Shown: one piece after another, positions 52,669 to 61,532 of the stretch
How the letters are laid out: every line of letters begins with the position of its first letter
How positions within the stretch are numbered: position 1 is the stretch's first letter
IMG/VR virus record: IMGVR_UViG_2537561978_000005
DNA from: a virus
Taxonomy: Duplodnaviria > Heunggongvirae > Uroviricota > Caudoviricetes
Reading direction: 5' to 3' (one strand)
DNA: 64,000 nucleotides
Notes under the pieces: model-generated
Seen by the model: only the letters and a program-made list of their open reading frames with translations
The model's database searches: none
Told to the model about the DNA's origin: nothing
Position numbers and translations under genes: made by a program

Positions 52669-53282
52669 ATCTCCTAAGCAAAGCTGAATTGCTGCAATAT
52701 TATGAATCAGAAGAACCTGAGTCGTTGTTCATTGAACCTCTTCTAAATAAAAACCAAATTGGAAACTTCACCATAGACCTTAGACTTGGTTACGATTTTT
52801 TAGTGTCTATTATGACAAGGAAGCCGTCAATAGAGTTAATTCCCTCAAAAAACAATGATACTCATCAACCAATCAGAACATTTTTCCAGGAAACAAGGAG
52901 AGATCTTGGGGATAGGTTCATTGTTTACCCGAATCAAGTGGTACTGGCAACAACATTAGAATATGTTTGTTTGCCACCAGATTGCTACGCTGATGTATTG
53001 TCCAGAAGCAGCTATACAAGGCTTGGTCTTTCATTAAATACCATGATACAACCAGGGTACAGAGGCTGTATATCTTTAGAGTTATTTAATCATGGGAATA
53101 GCCCTGTAGAACTTATTGTTGGATCTCGCATATGTCAAATTCGTATATTCAAGAATGAAACTGTCGGTGAATACATAAGTCATGAGTCTCACAGGAAATA
53201 TTTCGGAAATGTGAGGCCAACCGTCTCAGCAGCAGAAAGTGATAATGAATTAAATATGCTGGAAAAGATCCGACAAAAATGA
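52653..53282 (+). CDS. dCTP deaminase-family (dUTPase superfamily) enzyme
   Basis: 209 aa; IDLRLGYDF, LATTLEYVCLP, SRSSYTRLGLSLNT, GYRGCISLELFNHGNSPVEL, RICQIRIF align with E. coli Dcd core blocks from memory; 16-nt overlap with upstream gene. Confidence 0.55.
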   Translation: MECTMNLLSKAELLQYYESEEPESLFIEPLLNKNQIGNFTIDLRLGYDFLVSIMTRKPSIELIPSKNNDTHQPIRTFFQETRRDLGDRFIVYPNQVVLATTLEYVCLPPDCYADVLSRSSYTRLGLSLNTMIQPGYRGCISLELFNHGNSPVELIVGSRICQIRIFKNETVGEYISHESHRKYFGNVRPTVSAAESDNELNMLEKIRQK

Positions 53283-53370
53283 AGACTTTAATGCTTTATA
53301 TTATAAAAACATACAGCGACAACGCAGCCACCAAGATGTGTTGTCGCCATGTTCAAAGTGCTAACACAGT

Positions 53371-53763
53371 TTAAAAATCACCTGCGCGCTGTTTTTCAAG
53401 CACAGATTTAACATTTGGCACTTTCCCTTTAAAAGAATGGAAAGTGCCACATTTTTCTGTTTTAACTTCGCGCAGAGCTTCGCCATCGGCGTTCTGCCAT
53501 TGATGGGATAATGTCATATCACCGCGAGAAGGAACATCCAGCGAGTACAGCGTGTAAGTTCCCCCCATCTCCGCATACTCCTGGAACACATAGCTCATTA
53601 CGTCAGATTCAGTTTTTCGGTGTACGTTATCAACCTTATTCCCATTCAGAAATATGGCATCTGGATAGATTTTTATATCAAACCGACCGCACTTAACTTG
53701 TAAATTTCCGGCGCTCGCGATCAAAGGGAAAGACGCCAGTAAAGCAATTGTCAATCTTTTCAA
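53371..53763 (-). CDS. Secreted hypothetical protein
   Basis: 130 aa, signal peptide MKRLTIALLASFPLIASA, TTG start after GGAGG. Confidence 0.5.
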   Translation of the reverse strand: MKRLTIALLASFPLIASAGNLQVKCGRFDIKIYPDAIFLNGNKVDNVHRKTESDVMSYVFQEYAEMGGTYTLYSLDVPSRGDMTLSHQWQNADGEALREVKTEKCGTFHSFKGKVPNVKSVLEKQRAGDF

Positions 53764-53783
53764 TTCTGCCTCCGCTGCGTAAC

Positions 53784-54407
53784 TTATTGCCCGTATTTTT
53801 TACACCATTGCTCTGCCATTTGTTTGGCTAAAGGCCCGGCTACTGCACTGTATTCTGCTGTTTTACTTTGCACACATGAAGCAGATGGTTTTTTATTTCG
53901 CTGCTCGGTTAGTTTGCGCTCATAAGCCATCATGCTATCGAACCCGGCAATATCACTTTGGCGAAGCATTCCCTTTTTAACCAAAAATTGCTGCCCCTCG
54001 GGCACCAACGCAAGCATAAAAAGTGGTTGCAATAACTCACCTAATCCTTGCTGGCGATACACTTCGAATTGCTGCCATCCCTGACTTAATCTGGAAAGAG
54101 TATCTTTGGTTGAATAACCTGTTTTTGTTATAGCTTTGTCCGTCAGATATGCTGTATATGCAAAAACGCAAAAGTCAGTTTTACCAATAAACTGAGTTCC
54201 AACAGGCCGTAATGGAATGCCCTCCCTCTTGCAAAAGTCCATAATGGCCGCTTGTGAATGATCCCCACCAGCATTATTCATAACCTGCTGCCCTGCCCTG
54301 AATTGTGCAGGTAACGCAGTTGCATTGGCAGTATTAGCAGATACGCATCCCAACATAGCCGCGAGCGCGGCCCCTAAAACCCTTAACTTCACTACACCAT
54401 CCTTCAT
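53784..54407 (-). CDS. Putative lipoprotein
   Basis: 207 aa, lipobox LGC after hydrophobic h-region (VLGAALAAMLGCVS). Confidence 0.55.
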   Translation of the reverse strand: MKDGVVKLRVLGAALAAMLGCVSANTANATALPAQFRAGQQVMNNAGGDHSQAAIMDFCKREGIPLRPVGTQFIGKTDFCVFAYTAYLTDKAITKTGYSTKDTLSRLSQGWQQFEVYRQQGLGELLQPLFMLALVPEGQQFLVKKGMLRQSDIAGFDSMMAYERKLTEQRNKKPSASCVQSKTAEYSAVAGPLAKQMAEQWCKKYGQ

Positions 54408-54623
54408 GTAAACAAAATGAAGTTTTATGTTATAAAAACAATTAACTACATCAACATGATTTAGGCCAAATTTCGGTCAAAAAATAAAATCCACAAAAAG
54501 TGGTTGACACTATTTTGGAAATCACAAACTGCACATAATCCATCGCGCTAACGGCTCCCGTTGAAGGTTCTTTTGACGATTAACTTTCAGCCGAAGCGCG
54601 GTAGGGAGTCATAACGCCAAAGC

Positions 54624-54649
54624 AGGCCGCCATGTGCGGCCTTTTTTTG
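54624..54649 (+). terminator. Rho-independent terminator immediately upstream of a gene start
   Basis: AGGCCGC-catgt-GCGGCCT followed by TTTTTTT; ends 27 nt before ATG 54676. Confidence 0.6.
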
Positions 54650-54675
54650 TATCCGTCATCCGTGGAGGAAGGAAA

Positions 54676-55329
54676 ATGGAAAAGATCGCAATATTCAGCC
54701 TGACCACCAGCAAGCCTCAAATGCTCACTGCAATACTGAAAGACGGTGCTCTCATTATTAACGAAGTAAAACCCCTTCCCGCGTCAGCATTGGAGCAAAA
54801 GCAAAAAATTCCTCCAGCTATAGCAGCCCTGCGGAAAAGCAAATTTAAGGTTCTAGTAGACGAAATTACGCCAACGATCTCCGCTGGCACCGGAGCAAGC
54901 CAGGTGACTCTCAAGACCCGTCATGCCGATGGTAGAGCAGCAATCATCGTTGGGATGGAAAGATACAGAGAGTTAAAACTCCAGAAACTATTATCCCTGC
55001 CGCAAAATAACAAAGGTGCTTTCGAAATCCCCGACTCTATCGTTGATACCGAATACAACGGTAACGGAGAAGAAGTCTACAGGGTGAACTGGCAGGATAT
55101 CAGGCCGGAGCATATTTTGATGATCCTGTGTTGCTACGCGACCGTATACCACAACGTTGCCAGTGCAGATTATGTAGAGCAGATGACCGGTACAGTCGAG
55201 AAAGAGCAAAAAACAGGCATACTCGCTTCGTTCCTGTCCATTATTGGGCATGAAAAAGTTAAAGCAGGCACCTCCCAGCCAAAGTCACTGGCTGGGAAAG
55301 AAGTTGATGAAGATACCGTGATACTTTGA
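54676..55329 (+). CDS. Hypothetical protein
   Basis: 217 aa from ATG after GGAGGAAGG (track start 54634 would span the terminator). Confidence 0.55.
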   Translation: MEKIAIFSLTTSKPQMLTAILKDGALIINEVKPLPASALEQKQKIPPAIAALRKSKFKVLVDEITPTISAGTGASQVTLKTRHADGRAAIIVGMERYRELKLQKLLSLPQNNKGAFEIPDSIVDTEYNGNGEEVYRVNWQDIRPEHILMILCCYATVYHNVASADYVEQMTGTVEKEQKTGILASFLSIIGHEKVKAGTSQPKSLAGKEVDEDTVIL

Positions 55330-55657
55330 TCACATTAGTAGCTTTGTTAACTCCCTCAATACCAGGTAGAAGAGTAACAAAAATATTGACGCGAGTATTT
55401 GAGTGGTCAATGAAGCGTTCATAAACAGATCAATTAGCATTAATAATTCGAATATAACATCCATGTCATTCACTCCGTTTAATTTTTAATCTAATGCCAG
55501 CAAATGAAGCTGGCCCCCGCACAAAGATTAATGAAAGTCACTTGTCACCAGTGAGGGGATTTATGAACCACATCCCCCTGAACTGGTGGCCTGTCTGTTT
55601 CTCACATTTCACACCCTGCATACAGTTTCCCCCAGGTTATGACTGAGAGGCTTTGTT

Positions 55658-55987
55658 ATGGGCTATAGCAGACTCGACGACAGGTACATTGAAGACGATA
55701 TTTTTCGTGCGCTGTTTCACCAGGAAATGATTAAGCGGGTATCGGAGTATCACTCTGATAATTTCCAGTACACGATAAAGATTGATGAAGTATATCGTTC
55801 AGACCTTGCAGCCTACCGGGCGTATGGCAATGCAGATTTGCGCTGGGTATTCCGGGTGCTGGTGGGCCATGAGTCAGAAATGGAAGAAATGCCCGCCGGG
55901 ACCACGTTAACTCTTCCTGATGTGGCATGGCTGAGGAACAAGATCCGTGATTACGCGAGCGCGGAACCGGAGATAGAAAATGCCTGA
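55658..55987 (+). CDS. Hypothetical protein
   Basis: 109 aa, RBS GAGAGG; overlaps next gene by 8 nt. Confidence 0.5.
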   Translation: MGYSRLDDRYIEDDIFRALFHQEMIKRVSEYHSDNFQYTIKIDEVYRSDLAAYRAYGNADLRWVFRVLVGHESEMEEMPAGTTLTLPDVAWLRNKIRDYASAEPEIENA

Positions 55988-57173
55988 TTTCCTGAAAAAC
56001 CAGGACGGGCGCTATATCACTGACGGCCTGTCCTCTAAGGACTTCACGCGTTTATTCGACCTTATCAGGAAAGAACAAACCCGTAAGCGCCGACAAGCTC
56101 ACCGGACGCTGACGCCAGGTAGACTGAGGAACAAATCCGCCGAAGATATTCTCAAGTTAGGGAAGAAAAAAGGCGGCACGTTCTTCACGCGAGACGACCT
56201 GAAAGGTTTCGAAAAGCTACGGAGTAAAACACGCGAAAAATATGACAGCAAGACGGCTGGCATCACATACGCCCAGCTGGTGGCATCCAGCCAGGCAATC
56301 GATATTAAGCGTGCAAATAACGCCGTGGATGACGGATCTGGTATCAAAAGAGCTACACCCGTATCTCTTCGCCACAACGTGATTAATATCCGCGTAGAAG
56401 CATCGGATATATCCGTCCACCAGCACCATATCGTCCGGATACGCTTTGAAGAATGGGATCAGATGGTTGATGACATCGCAGAAGACGATAAATCAGCTCT
56501 GAAAATCACTAAATCACTGTGCGCCGGGCGAGTGTCTTTCGATTGTGACTGTGGTCGTCATCAATACTGGTATCGTTACATCGCTACTGCGGGTAACTTT
56601 GCCCTGGCCCCGCCAAAAGAATACGCCTATCCAAAAGTTCGTAACCCTAAGCTACAAGGCGTCGCCTGTAAACACGTGATCCACTCAATGACGCGGTTAC
56701 AGTCCGCAAGTTGGCAAATGAGTATTGCTCGTGCACTACAAAAGGCTGCAACGCAAATTGCATTTGGTGACGATCGCCGACGTACAACCAAACACTTCTC
56801 AAAAGAAGACGAGAAGGAGTTTAATCGCAATCGTAGCAGTAAAACGAACGTTGAAGCCGCCAAACGCGAATGGAGACTCTATCAGAAGCGCCAGGCAGCT
56901 TTAAGTACAAAACTGGCAAAGGACAACGGCAAGATCGACAAACTACGTGACCAATTGACCAAGGCCAGAAAGTTGTCAGATGCACAGAAAAAACGGGCGG
57001 CAGCAAAAGAAGCGGCCTTGCAACGTGAGAAACAGAAAAACAAGGAGCTTCAGCAACGCCTTGCCGATCAGTTCGCACTGAAGAAGCAGGCGTTCATTGA
57101 TGCGCTTGTCATGGCTGGAACACCACCAGCACAAGCTGAAAAAATGTTCATGGAGTATGTAAAAAAAGCATAA
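55980..57173 (+). CDS. SWIM-type zinc-finger protein with basic coiled-coil C-terminus
   Basis: FDCDCGRHQYWY...LQGVACKHVIHS fits CxCxnCxH; 397 aa. Confidence 0.5.
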   Translation: MPDFLKNQDGRYITDGLSSKDFTRLFDLIRKEQTRKRRQAHRTLTPGRLRNKSAEDILKLGKKKGGTFFTRDDLKGFEKLRSKTREKYDSKTAGITYAQLVASSQAIDIKRANNAVDDGSGIKRATPVSLRHNVINIRVEASDISVHQHHIVRIRFEEWDQMVDDIAEDDKSALKITKSLCAGRVSFDCDCGRHQYWYRYIATAGNFALAPPKEYAYPKVRNPKLQGVACKHVIHSMTRLQSASWQMSIARALQKAATQIAFGDDRRRTTKHFSKEDEKEFNRNRSSKTNVEAAKREWRLYQKRQAALSTKLAKDNGKIDKLRDQLTKARKLSDAQKKRAAAKEAALQREKQKNKELQQRLADQFALKKQAFIDALVMAGTPPAQAEKMFMEYVKKA

Positions 57174-57183
57174 ACCACACATA

Positions 57184-57201
57184 GCCTAGCTGCCTAGGCT
57201 A
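57184..57201. terminator. Hairpin between convergent genes
   Basis: AGCCTAG-ctgc-CTAGGCT. Confidence 0.4.
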
Positions 57202-57206
57202 GGCTT

Positions 57207-57935
57207 TCATCTTTTTGAAAAATCAATTTCCGTTTTATCAAATAAATTTGAAATATCAGCAACCAATTTATTAAAATCATGATCGCCATTATAAAGCGAA
57301 GTCTTCTTTATTGCCATTACAAAATCATATAACTTTTCTGGGGAGTCAATACCAACCCCTCTACTTTTAAAAAGCTCAATGATAACTCCAACATCATCAT
57401 ATAATAATTTTATTGCCGCCATAATCTCTTTTTGCTGCCTAAGCAATCTCTCAAGTTCATTTTTATTTTCATCCATAATTCTTTTGTTGAATTGTGTATC
57501 ATTAATACTTTTTATTATTTCAGTCTCTTTTATTTGCAACGCCTTTCTTTTATTTTGATCCATGTCGGCATCCAAATACCTTATCTCTGTATATATTTTA
57601 CTTGTTAGCTTTGATACGCAAAGAGTGACAATCGGAGCTGCAATTGATGCAATAATTCCAAAAATAAATGGCAAGCAAAAATGATAAAACCAAGGAGACA
57701 AAACGCCTTCATAAACTAGAGGAATCTTACCTCCAACAAATGTTACAGATAAAGTATATAGGATATCATCCTTTGACTTCATCAATATTAGTATATCTTT
57801 CCAATTAATAATTAGAAAAGAAATGAATATATATGCAAACACTTTATTAAAAAGCTTGTCTTTTATGGCATCTCCAAAAGATACTTTGATTAGATCATTT
57901 TCAGTCAATTTTTCTGTTGATGAATCTGTATTCAT
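57207..57935 (-). CDS. AT-rich membrane protein, candidate abortive-infection-type effector
   Basis: 242 aa, about 29% GC; two TM helices then Lys/Glu-rich coiled coil. Confidence 0.55.
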   Translation of the reverse strand: MNTDSSTEKLTENDLIKVSFGDAIKDKLFNKVFAYIFISFLIINWKDILILMKSKDDILYTLSVTFVGGKIPLVYEGVLSPWFYHFCLPFIFGIIASIAAPIVTLCVSKLTSKIYTEIRYLDADMDQNKRKALQIKETEIIKSINDTQFNKRIMDENKNELERLLRQQKEIMAAIKLLYDDVGVIIELFKSRGVGIDSPEKLYDFVMAIKKTSLYNGDHDFNKLVADISNLFDKTEIDFSKR

Positions 57936-58076
57936 ATAAACTACCGTGATTTCTAATATCTATTTTATGAAAATTCATTTCCGGTTCGTTATCGAACATC
58001 GGTTCGACCGCACGCAGTGCGGCCTCATAATCTTGTTCTGTACGGATAGATTTAATGTTCATTAATTACAAAGGAA

Positions 58077-58102
58077 AGCCCACTTGCTAAGTGGGCTTTT
58101 TG
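58077..58102 (+). terminator. Terminator-like hairpin
   Basis: AGCCCAC-ttgctaa-GTGGGCT followed by TTTTT. Confidence 0.45.
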
Positions 58103-58118
58103 TATGTGTTTTACTATA

Positions 58119-58457
58119 TCAGGCTGCTTTTTTATTCAGGTTCCGCTGAGAAATAAATTTTTCAGCAGTATTGATACGACTTAACTCTTCCTGAACGCGC
58201 ATATCATTTTCGACTTCCCACAGGTCTACTGCGGTCTGAAGATTAATCCAAAAATCTACAGAAGTATCGAATGCTTTTGCCAGGCGATATGCCATATCCA
58301 TCGTTAGCTTACGATTATTATTAACAAGAGCACTTACGGTGTTACGATGAACATGAAGTATTTCTGCTAACTCGTTGATCTTCAGCTCTAACGGCTCCAG
58401 GTATTCGTACAGCAGGATATCACCTACGGTCGTCGGTTTTCTGGTTGCCTGTTTCAT
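58119..58457 (-). CDS. higA: HigA-type antitoxin (XRE-family HTH)
   Basis: 112 aa; HTH LAEILHVHRNTVSALVNN; downstream of the toxin as in higBA. Confidence 0.7.
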   Translation of the reverse strand: MKQATRKPTTVGDILLYEYLEPLELKINELAEILHVHRNTVSALVNNNRKLTMDMAYRLAKAFDTSVDFWINLQTAVDLWEVENDMRVQEELSRINTAEKFISQRNLNKKAA

Positions 58458-58527
58458 TTTTTGCCCTTACTAGCGTGCGTATTAAGTGGACTCTGGTCAG
58501 AACCCGGTCCGTAACCGGGTATCTGTT

Positions 58528-58830
58528 TTAGTATTTGTGAGGGTCGAGATACAAGTCCTCGGCCTTTCCGTTAACCCACCTAAAAATTAACCTATATTGC
58601 TTATTCACCCTTACTGATGAATAGCCATTTAGCTTCCCTGACAGTTCCTCATACCGATTACCTGGTGGTGATCTTAAATCCTTACAGGTAGTTGCGGCAT
58701 TGATAATGTCCAACTTCCGTGACAATGTCATATGAATATCAGGAGGTATCTTTCTATGTGGTGTTGAAAATTCAAAAAAATCATCAAGCCACGCATCCCT
58801 GAAATCCTTTATGTTAATTTTTTTGGTCAT
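58528..58830 (-). CDS. higB: HigB-type toxin (RelE/ParE superfamily)
   Basis: 100 aa; C-terminal GYSSVRVNKQYRLIFRWVNGKAEDLYLDPHKY resembles the HigB core. Confidence 0.65.
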   Translation of the reverse strand: MTKKINIKDFRDAWLDDFFEFSTPHRKIPPDIHMTLSRKLDIINAATTCKDLRSPPGNRYEELSGKLNGYSSVRVNKQYRLIFRWVNGKAEDLYLDPHKY

Positions 58831-58992
58831 TAGTCATTTGATCCTCCGTGATGATTACCGAATGCCATAACTATAGCGCACCGTTGCACTGTGCGCAAGT
58901 GCATTTTATGAATTCCCCCTCCTTCATCCAAAATCACAATCTCCAGAAAATCTTCCTTTCGATACCTGACAGATCGACCTTTGAGGATGCTT

Positions 58993-59784
58993 ATGGGCCG
59001 TTTTGACGAATGGTTTGCTGACGATGCAAACCTGGCAAGTAAGGAGTCAGAACATGACAGCACGCAGAGAGAAACGCCAGCGCCGATTGAAGCGAATGCA
59101 GGAGGCGCGCCGGAACATGGCAATACCGGTTCGGATTCATTCAGCATTCTGGAAGAGCAACCCGCCGCCAAAGCTGATAGCCATGATAATTTTGCTGATA
59201 GCAACGGTGGCCTTACTCCGGATGCTGGCGAATCAGATATAGCCATACTTCCATCTTCCCTGGCTGGCAGAGAACCGACTCCACAGTTAAAAGCACGCTA
59301 TAACGGGCATAAAGCCTTTAACGACCAAATCCGCGCAGACTGGATGCTGATTATTGAATCCAGCCCAGACGCGTTTCAGGCTCTCTTATATCGACCAGAT
59401 GTTGGCACATATGGGGTAGTCAGCGACGAAACAGGAGAAGAGTCATTCACCGAACTGGATAACAACCAACGCGAACTGACTTACCAGGAACCTGAAATCG
59501 TTTATGTGCTGGATAACCCTGACGGGCGTGACTCTTTCCATGCGATTGACGCAGACGGTGAGCAGGATGGCTTAACCGATGATGTTCTGATTCTGCGTAT
59601 TGCAGCAAATAACGTCCCCGTCGGCTCAATTCTTGAATGGAATGAAGAGATGGTAAACGGCGTAGCGCGCCGCTGGTGGTACGTGCACCGTATTTTTAGC
59701 TACGGCACACAGCATGTTGGTTCGCTTTACTACTGCATACCTGCCAGGAATTTTGATACGACTCAAAACGGAGTGATCGAATGA
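58993..59784 (+). CDS. Hypothetical protein (acidic N-terminal half), possible virion component
   Basis: ATG 58993 after SD GAGGA (track start 58981 is TTG); coupled to next gene. Confidence 0.5.
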   Translation: MGRFDEWFADDANLASKESEHDSTQRETPAPIEANAGGAPEHGNTGSDSFSILEEQPAAKADSHDNFADSNGGLTPDAGESDIAILPSSLAGREPTPQLKARYNGHKAFNDQIRADWMLIIESSPDAFQALLYRPDVGTYGVVSDETGEESFTELDNNQRELTYQEPEIVYVLDNPDGRDSFHAIDADGEQDGLTDDVLILRIAANNVPVGSILEWNEEMVNGVARRWWYVHRIFSYGTQHVGSLYYCIPARNFDTTQNGVIE

Positions 59785-60548
59785 CTTCAAATAAAACCCT
59801 CCTGGCGCGAACAGGTGAATGGCAAACCTCACGCACAGGAAAATTCCAGACCACGGGCTTTGAAAACGTGGATAACGCGTTTGCGACGCTAATCAGCAAC
59901 ATTTTTTCTGATATCTTACTGGTGGCCCCCGCGCCGGAAGAAAAACGCTTTGCGTCATTCCTGAATCGTCCACCAGCAGAGCGTGTCTATGTGGCCCGTT
60001 TCGACAATGCGATCGAGTTTCTTAAAGCAGTTCGTCGCGCAAATGCCGGGCAAGGGAGAAAACCTGAAAACCAGAACATTAACCGGGATGCTCTCCCCCT
60101 GGTCAATATCTCACGCAATATGGATATCAATTATATCAACGATGATCAGCAGATTGACCGCAAAAAAGTAGCCAGTTTTTGCGAACCGGATACCGGAATG
60201 CCTTTAGCAGAACTGGAATACACCCAGGCCATTCTGACGTATGACGTTACGTTAATGGCAACTGATAAAGCGACCATGAGTCTGATGTGTAATTCGCTGG
60301 GCGCACGGCTTCGCCTGATGACAGGTACACAATTTGAAGCAACCACTCACCTTGTTCGTGTCCCGGTCCCGCTGATTTGCTCGATACAGGATGCCAAAGA
60401 AGTCGGCTTTACGGATGTTTCAGCACCAATTGGAGAAGAGCGTATTTATGCCACACAAGCGCCGATAAGTGTGATTGCAGACGTGATCACAGCATGGGAG
60501 TTGGACGCAAAACGTATTATTACCGAAACCTCGATATCTATGGGGTGA
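59781..60548 (+). CDS. Hypothetical protein, possible virion component
   Basis: 255 aa, ATGA overlap with upstream gene. Confidence 0.5.
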   Translation: MTSNKTLLARTGEWQTSRTGKFQTTGFENVDNAFATLISNIFSDILLVAPAPEEKRFASFLNRPPAERVYVARFDNAIEFLKAVRRANAGQGRKPENQNINRDALPLVNISRNMDINYINDDQQIDRKKVASFCEPDTGMPLAELEYTQAILTYDVTLMATDKATMSLMCNSLGARLRLMTGTQFEATTHLVRVPVPLICSIQDAKEVGFTDVSAPIGEERIYATQAPISVIADVITAWELDAKRIITETSISMG

Positions 60549-60551
60549 TAA

Positions 60552-61532
60552 GTGGCCCAGGAGTTACAACAATATTTTCTACAGTCAGTGCTCATTAACG
60601 ATAACAAAGTGCCACGAGACTGGATTTTTACCGCAGTATATGTAGAAAAAACCAGCCTCAAAGCCCCTTTGCTAAAACTGGAAATTCATGACGCTACCGG
60701 CACCGTAATTGATGACTGGAAAGCCAAATACGGTGCATCGCTGGTGGCTGAAATGGGCGATCCAAACGGTAATGCCGGCACTTTTAAAACAGATTTCTTT
60801 GTTACGTCTGCAATGCTGGCTGGTGATGTTGTTACCGTTATTGCTGTCAGTGAAGACGTGCGCAGGTTTAAGATCCCCTCCCCGCGCACAAATTTACATA
60901 CCAACAAAACACCAGACGCTATATTCAAGGCATATTCCGGCAAGCTTAAAATTACCAGCAGCGTGCTAAAACGCGCAGTTACATATCATCTGAATGCCGG
61001 TGACAAACCGTCAAAAATGCTTTCGGAGATAGCGCGAGACAAAGGTGCATTATGTTGGGTATGCCGGGGGGAATTTAACTTTTACACCCTGGCTGATCTG
61101 ATGAAGCAAACGCCATCATTTACCTACGAGGGGAATAACCCTAAAGCAGAATACACTTTGTCCAAAATGCGCCTACTCCAACAGGAACATGCGACAACAG
61201 CAAAGAATCAATATCGTTTTGTTGGGTATTCCATGACCGATGGCTACGTCGAATATGGCGATAGCTCACTCCCAGTGCGTTATATATCCGACTCTGATAT
61301 GGAAACTCTTCGTAATATGCAGCTGTCTCTCGTCCCCAAAATGGATATAGAAGTCGCAGGCAATCCTGATATAAAACCGGGGATGGTGATAGAGATTATC
61401 GTATACCGCTATGACCAGGAAAACCGCATTGATGAATCAATGCCCCGTAAGCTGATAGTAAAAAATGTTGCGCACTTTGAAGACCGCGTAGGCTACACAA
61501 CACGAATGATATTGGGAGTGCCGAACAAATGA
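60552..61532 (+). CDS. Hypothetical protein, possible baseplate component
   Basis: 326 aa, GTG start after GGGGTGA; coupled to next gene. Confidence 0.5.
   Translation: MAQELQQYFLQSVLINDNKVPRDWIFTAVYVEKTSLKAPLLKLEIHDATGTVIDDWKAKYGASLVAEMGDPNGNAGTFKTDFFVTSAMLAGDVVTVIAVSEDVRRFKIPSPRTNLHTNKTPDAIFKAYSGKLKITSSVLKRAVTYHLNAGDKPSKMLSEIARDKGALCWVCRGEFNFYTLADLMKQTPSFTYEGNNPKAEYTLSKMRLLQQEHATTAKNQYRFVGYSMTDGYVEYGDSSLPVRYISDSDMETLRNMQLSLVPKMDIEVAGNPDIKPGMVIEIIVYRYDQENRIDESMPRKLIVKNVAHFEDRVGYTTRMILGVPNK

Noticed and set aside
54504-54539. TTGACA ... CATAAT as a promoter for the terminator-bounded transcript
   Set aside because: The hexamers are 24 nt apart, outside the 16-18 nt sigma70 window; the transcript start remains undefined.
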